Part shown: piece by piece, positions 61,569 to 64,000 of the stretch
Layout: each line of letters opens with the position of its first letter
Numbering within the stretch: position 1 is the stretch's first letter
Assembly: GCA_038207335.1 (NCBI GenBank)
Contig: JBBQZX010000013.1
Span: forward strand, 32,001-96,000
Direction: 5' to 3'
Length of the DNA: 64,000 nucleotides
From: Chthoniobacterales bacterium
GTDB taxonomy: Bacteria > Verrucomicrobiota > Verrucomicrobiia > Chthoniobacterales > Chthoniobacteraceae
The notes under the pieces: generated by a model
Database searches by the model: none
What the model was told of the DNA's origin: nothing
Seen by the model: only the letters and a program-made list of their open reading frames with translations
Translations under genes and position numbers: made by a program

Positions 61569-61952
61569 TTAGCTGAATCGAGGCGGCCTCAAAGCCGGTC
61601 GATCTGCGCGACTCACCGCCGAAGCAGACTCGTGCGCCAGTTCGCGCGAGGTTGGTGATGGATAAAAAATACGGGCGGGTTGCTCGTGAATAATTTCGAT
61701 TTTCCCCACAATAGAAGGGGTCTCGTGCTTCCGTTCATTCGCGTGGCCGCGCTCGATCTTTTTGCACAGCTCGCAGGGGTGCGCGCCGTCGAATGTAGTC
61801 TTTACCGCCTCCGTCCACGAGCCCTCGCGCGACTTCTCAACGAGCATCGTCGTCCACGCCACCGATTGCACCACGACCCAGTGCGCACCACAGCCCGTGA
61901 GTAGGGCTGCAATGAGCAGGAGACGACCGAATCGAGTGATGCACCGATTCAC
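61569..61952 (-). CDS. Small CxxC protein with C-terminal RPP (DUF2946-like)
   Basis: Hydrophobic N-terminus, HPCELC and terminal PALRPPRFS. Confidence 0.7.
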   Translation of the reverse strand: MNRCITRFGRLLLIAALLTGCGAHWVVVQSVAWTTMLVEKSREGSWTEAVKTTFDGAHPCELCKKIERGHANERKHETPSIVGKIEIIHEQPARIFYPSPTSRELAHESASAVSRADRPALRPPRFS

Positions 61953-62000
61953 AACCGCTTCGTAAAAAAGCGGAACGGCCCCGTCAATACCTGCATCCGC

Positions 62001-62177
62001 TCAGGTTTCGTTCTCTGCGGGTACACCGCTGCGTTCTCGTTCCCCTTGGAGTTCTTTCACATCCTTCTCAATCAACGTGATGATGTAATTGCTCAACGAC
62101 CTGCGATCCTTTTTCGCTCTGATTTTTGCGAGTTCCAAGAGATCTTCTGGGCAGCGAAAGGCGGTGTATTTGCTCAT
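62001..62177 (-). CDS. Small ribbon-helix-helix (Arc-like) DNA-binding protein
   Basis: MSKYTAFRCPEDLLELAKIRAKKDRRSLSNYIITLIE fits the beta-helix-RS-helix pattern. Confidence 0.72.
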   Translation of the reverse strand: MSKYTAFRCPEDLLELAKIRAKKDRRSLSNYIITLIEKDVKELQGERERSGVPAENET

Positions 62178-62293
62178 TGATTGATCAATTCGCAAGCAGT
62201 TGTCCCTCGATTTCAAGGCAGCTCGCGGTTTGATAAAGATATCGCAACTGCCGGTGTGCGCGGTCGGGTGATCGCCCTCATTCGAGAGCGCAA

Positions 62294-63397
62294 TCACTCC
62301 TCGCGAGGCCGATAGTTCGCCACGAACTCGGCGCGAAATTCCGCGAATGTTCCCGCTTCGATCTCATTCCGCACGCGCGCCATGAGGTTGAGATAAAAGT
62401 GGAGGTTGTGCAGCGTGATGAGACGAAGCCCGAGGATCTCCTCGGCCTTGACAAGATGCCGTAGATAGCCGCGCGAAAATTGCCGGCATGCGGGGCAGTC
62501 GCACCCGTCCTCGATCGGGCCTTTGTCGAAAATGAACGGCGCGTTTTTGAGATTGATTGTGCCGCCCGCGGTGAAGGCCGTGCCATTCCGCGCCAACCGC
62601 GTCGGCAGCACGCAGTCGAACATATCCACGCCGCGCGCCACCATTTCCACCATCTGCGGCGGCGTCCCGAGGCCCATCGCGTAGCGTGGCTTGTCTGCGG
62701 GTAGGAAGGGCTCGCTCGACTCCACCGCCGCCATCATCTCCACCTCCGGTTCGCCGACGCTAACCCCGCCGATCGCGTATCCGTCGAACCCGAGCGCCAC
62801 CAGCGCCTCTGCGCTGTGCCGCCGGAGATCGGAAAAAGTCGCGCCTTGCACGATGCCGAATTTCATTCCTGGCGTCGGCACCTCCTTGCATTTCGCGGCC
62901 CACATCAGCGTGCGGTCGAGGCTCTTTGCGGCGTAGTCGTGCTCGCACGGGTAGGGGGGGCATTCGTCGAAAAGCATCGCAATGTCGCTGCCGAGGGTAG
63001 CCTGGATTTCCATCGCCTCTCGCGGCCCGAGAAAGCATGGCGCGCCGTCGAGGTGATTCTGAAAATGCACTCCTTCGTCCGTGATCTTCCGCAGCCGCGC
63101 GAGCGAGAAAACCTGAAACCCGCCGGAGTCCGTGAGGATCGGGCCGTCCCACGACATGAAATTGTGCAGTCCGCCAAAGTGCCGCATCACATCCATGCCG
63201 GGCCGGACGAAAAGGTGATACGTATTCCCCAAAATGACGTGCGCCTGGAGTTCTCGCAGCTCCGCGGGCGACACGCCTTTCACCGTTCCCTGCGTGCCGA
63301 CGGGCATGAAGATCGGCGTCTCGATCACGCCATGCGCTGTCGTGAGTCGGCCGCGTCGGGCTTTCGATTTTGGGTCAGTCGCGAGGAGTTGAAACAT
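62294..63397 (-). CDS. tgt: tRNA-guanine transglycosylase
   Basis: FMPVGT, NTYHL, TDSGGFQ, DCVLPTR and zinc site CDCPAC...H. Confidence 0.96.
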   Translation of the reverse strand: MFQLLATDPKSKARRGRLTTAHGVIETPIFMPVGTQGTVKGVSPAELRELQAHVILGNTYHLFVRPGMDVMRHFGGLHNFMSWDGPILTDSGGFQVFSLARLRKITDEGVHFQNHLDGAPCFLGPREAMEIQATLGSDIAMLFDECPPYPCEHDYAAKSLDRTLMWAAKCKEVPTPGMKFGIVQGATFSDLRRHSAEALVALGFDGYAIGGVSVGEPEVEMMAAVESSEPFLPADKPRYAMGLGTPPQMVEMVARGVDMFDCVLPTRLARNGTAFTAGGTINLKNAPFIFDKGPIEDGCDCPACRQFSRGYLRHLVKAEEILGLRLITLHNLHFYLNLMARVRNEIEAGTFAEFRAEFVANYRPREE

Positions 63398-63436
63398 TCG
63401 ACTCGAAACCTACCGCTCACGCCCCGCGCGGCAAGA

Positions 63437-64000
63437 TCACCGCAGTGCGCGTGCCGTTTCCTCCGTTTCCACGAGCGATAAAAACACGTCTTCCAGAGCC
63501 CCGCTTTCCGCACTCGATCGCCGCAGCTCCGCGACCGTCCCGAGCGCGATCAACCGCCCGCGATGGATGATTCCCACACGATCCGCAACTTCCTCCGCCA
63601 CGCTGAGCTGATGCGTGGAGAGGAAAATCGTCATGCCAGCGCGCGAGCGATCCCGCAGCTCGTCTTTCACGATGCGCGCGTGCCGCGGATCGAGTCCCAC
63701 CATTGGCTCGTCAATCACCAACACTCGCGGCTCGTGTAATAGCGCGGAGGCGATCACGAGCCGCTGCTTCGTCCCATGACTGAGGTTTTCGGTCAACTCA
63801 TGCGCCGATTCCGCGAGGTGAAGCTTCTCGAACAACTCTCCAGTCCGTTGCGATACGAGTTTTCGATCAAGTTCGAAGATGTCGCCGACAAACCGCATGA
63901 ATTCCGCCGACGTCAGCTTGTCGTAAAGGAATGGAAAGTCCGGCACGTAAGCGAGTTGCGCCTTCGCCCGCTCCGGCTCACGCTGGATGTCGAAGCCGCC
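63437..64000 (-). CDS. ABC transporter ATP-binding protein (partial, 5' end outside the window)
   Basis: LSHGTKQR, IDEPMVGLDP and STH motifs. The frame stays open to the window end. Confidence 0.88.
   Translation of the reverse strand, partial: GGFDIQREPERAKAQLAYVPDFPFLYDKLTSAEFMRFVGDIFELDRKLVSQRTGELFEKLHLAESAHELTENLSHGTKQRLVIASALLHEPRVLVIDEPMVGLDPRHARIVKDELRDRSRAGMTIFLSTHQLSVAEEVADRVGIIHRGRLIALGTVAELRRSSAESGALEDVFLSLVETEETARALR

Overview
A GC-rich bacterial chromosomal segment. The PEP-CTERM proteins, pilin-like domains, DUF5069-type gene and Ser/Thr kinase expansion suggest Verrucomicrobiota or another PVC group (inference). All family assignments come from recognising motifs by eye, not from database searches. 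The first 15 kb is a compact phosphosignalling island: an FHA-FHA-ABC exporter, a lipoprotein, a secreted protein, an FHA-nucleotide cyclase and three paralogous kinase-pseudokinase-TM-FGE receptors. It is followed by an HExxH protein, alpha-2-macroglobulin/pbpC, molybdenum cofactor genes (moaE, moaD, moeA, moaC, mog, moaA) and housekeeping genes (tex, rsmE, holB, dapL, rluD-like, UDG, tRNA-Arg, pyrF, tgt). The rest holds transporters, two PEP-CTERM proteins, a wHTH-ispH operon with two palindromic operators, and a CxxC leader gene upstream of a His-rich outer-membrane protein. The most unusual signals are (1) the kinase/FHA island, (2) kb-scale alternating C-rich and G-rich strand-skew domains that ignore gene orientation, two of which flip at or near intergenic 21-bp repeat arrays, (3) the operator-marked ispH operon and (4) a possible CruR-like translational metal sensor. 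I found no CRISPR array, transposase, integrase, reverse transcriptase or rRNA.
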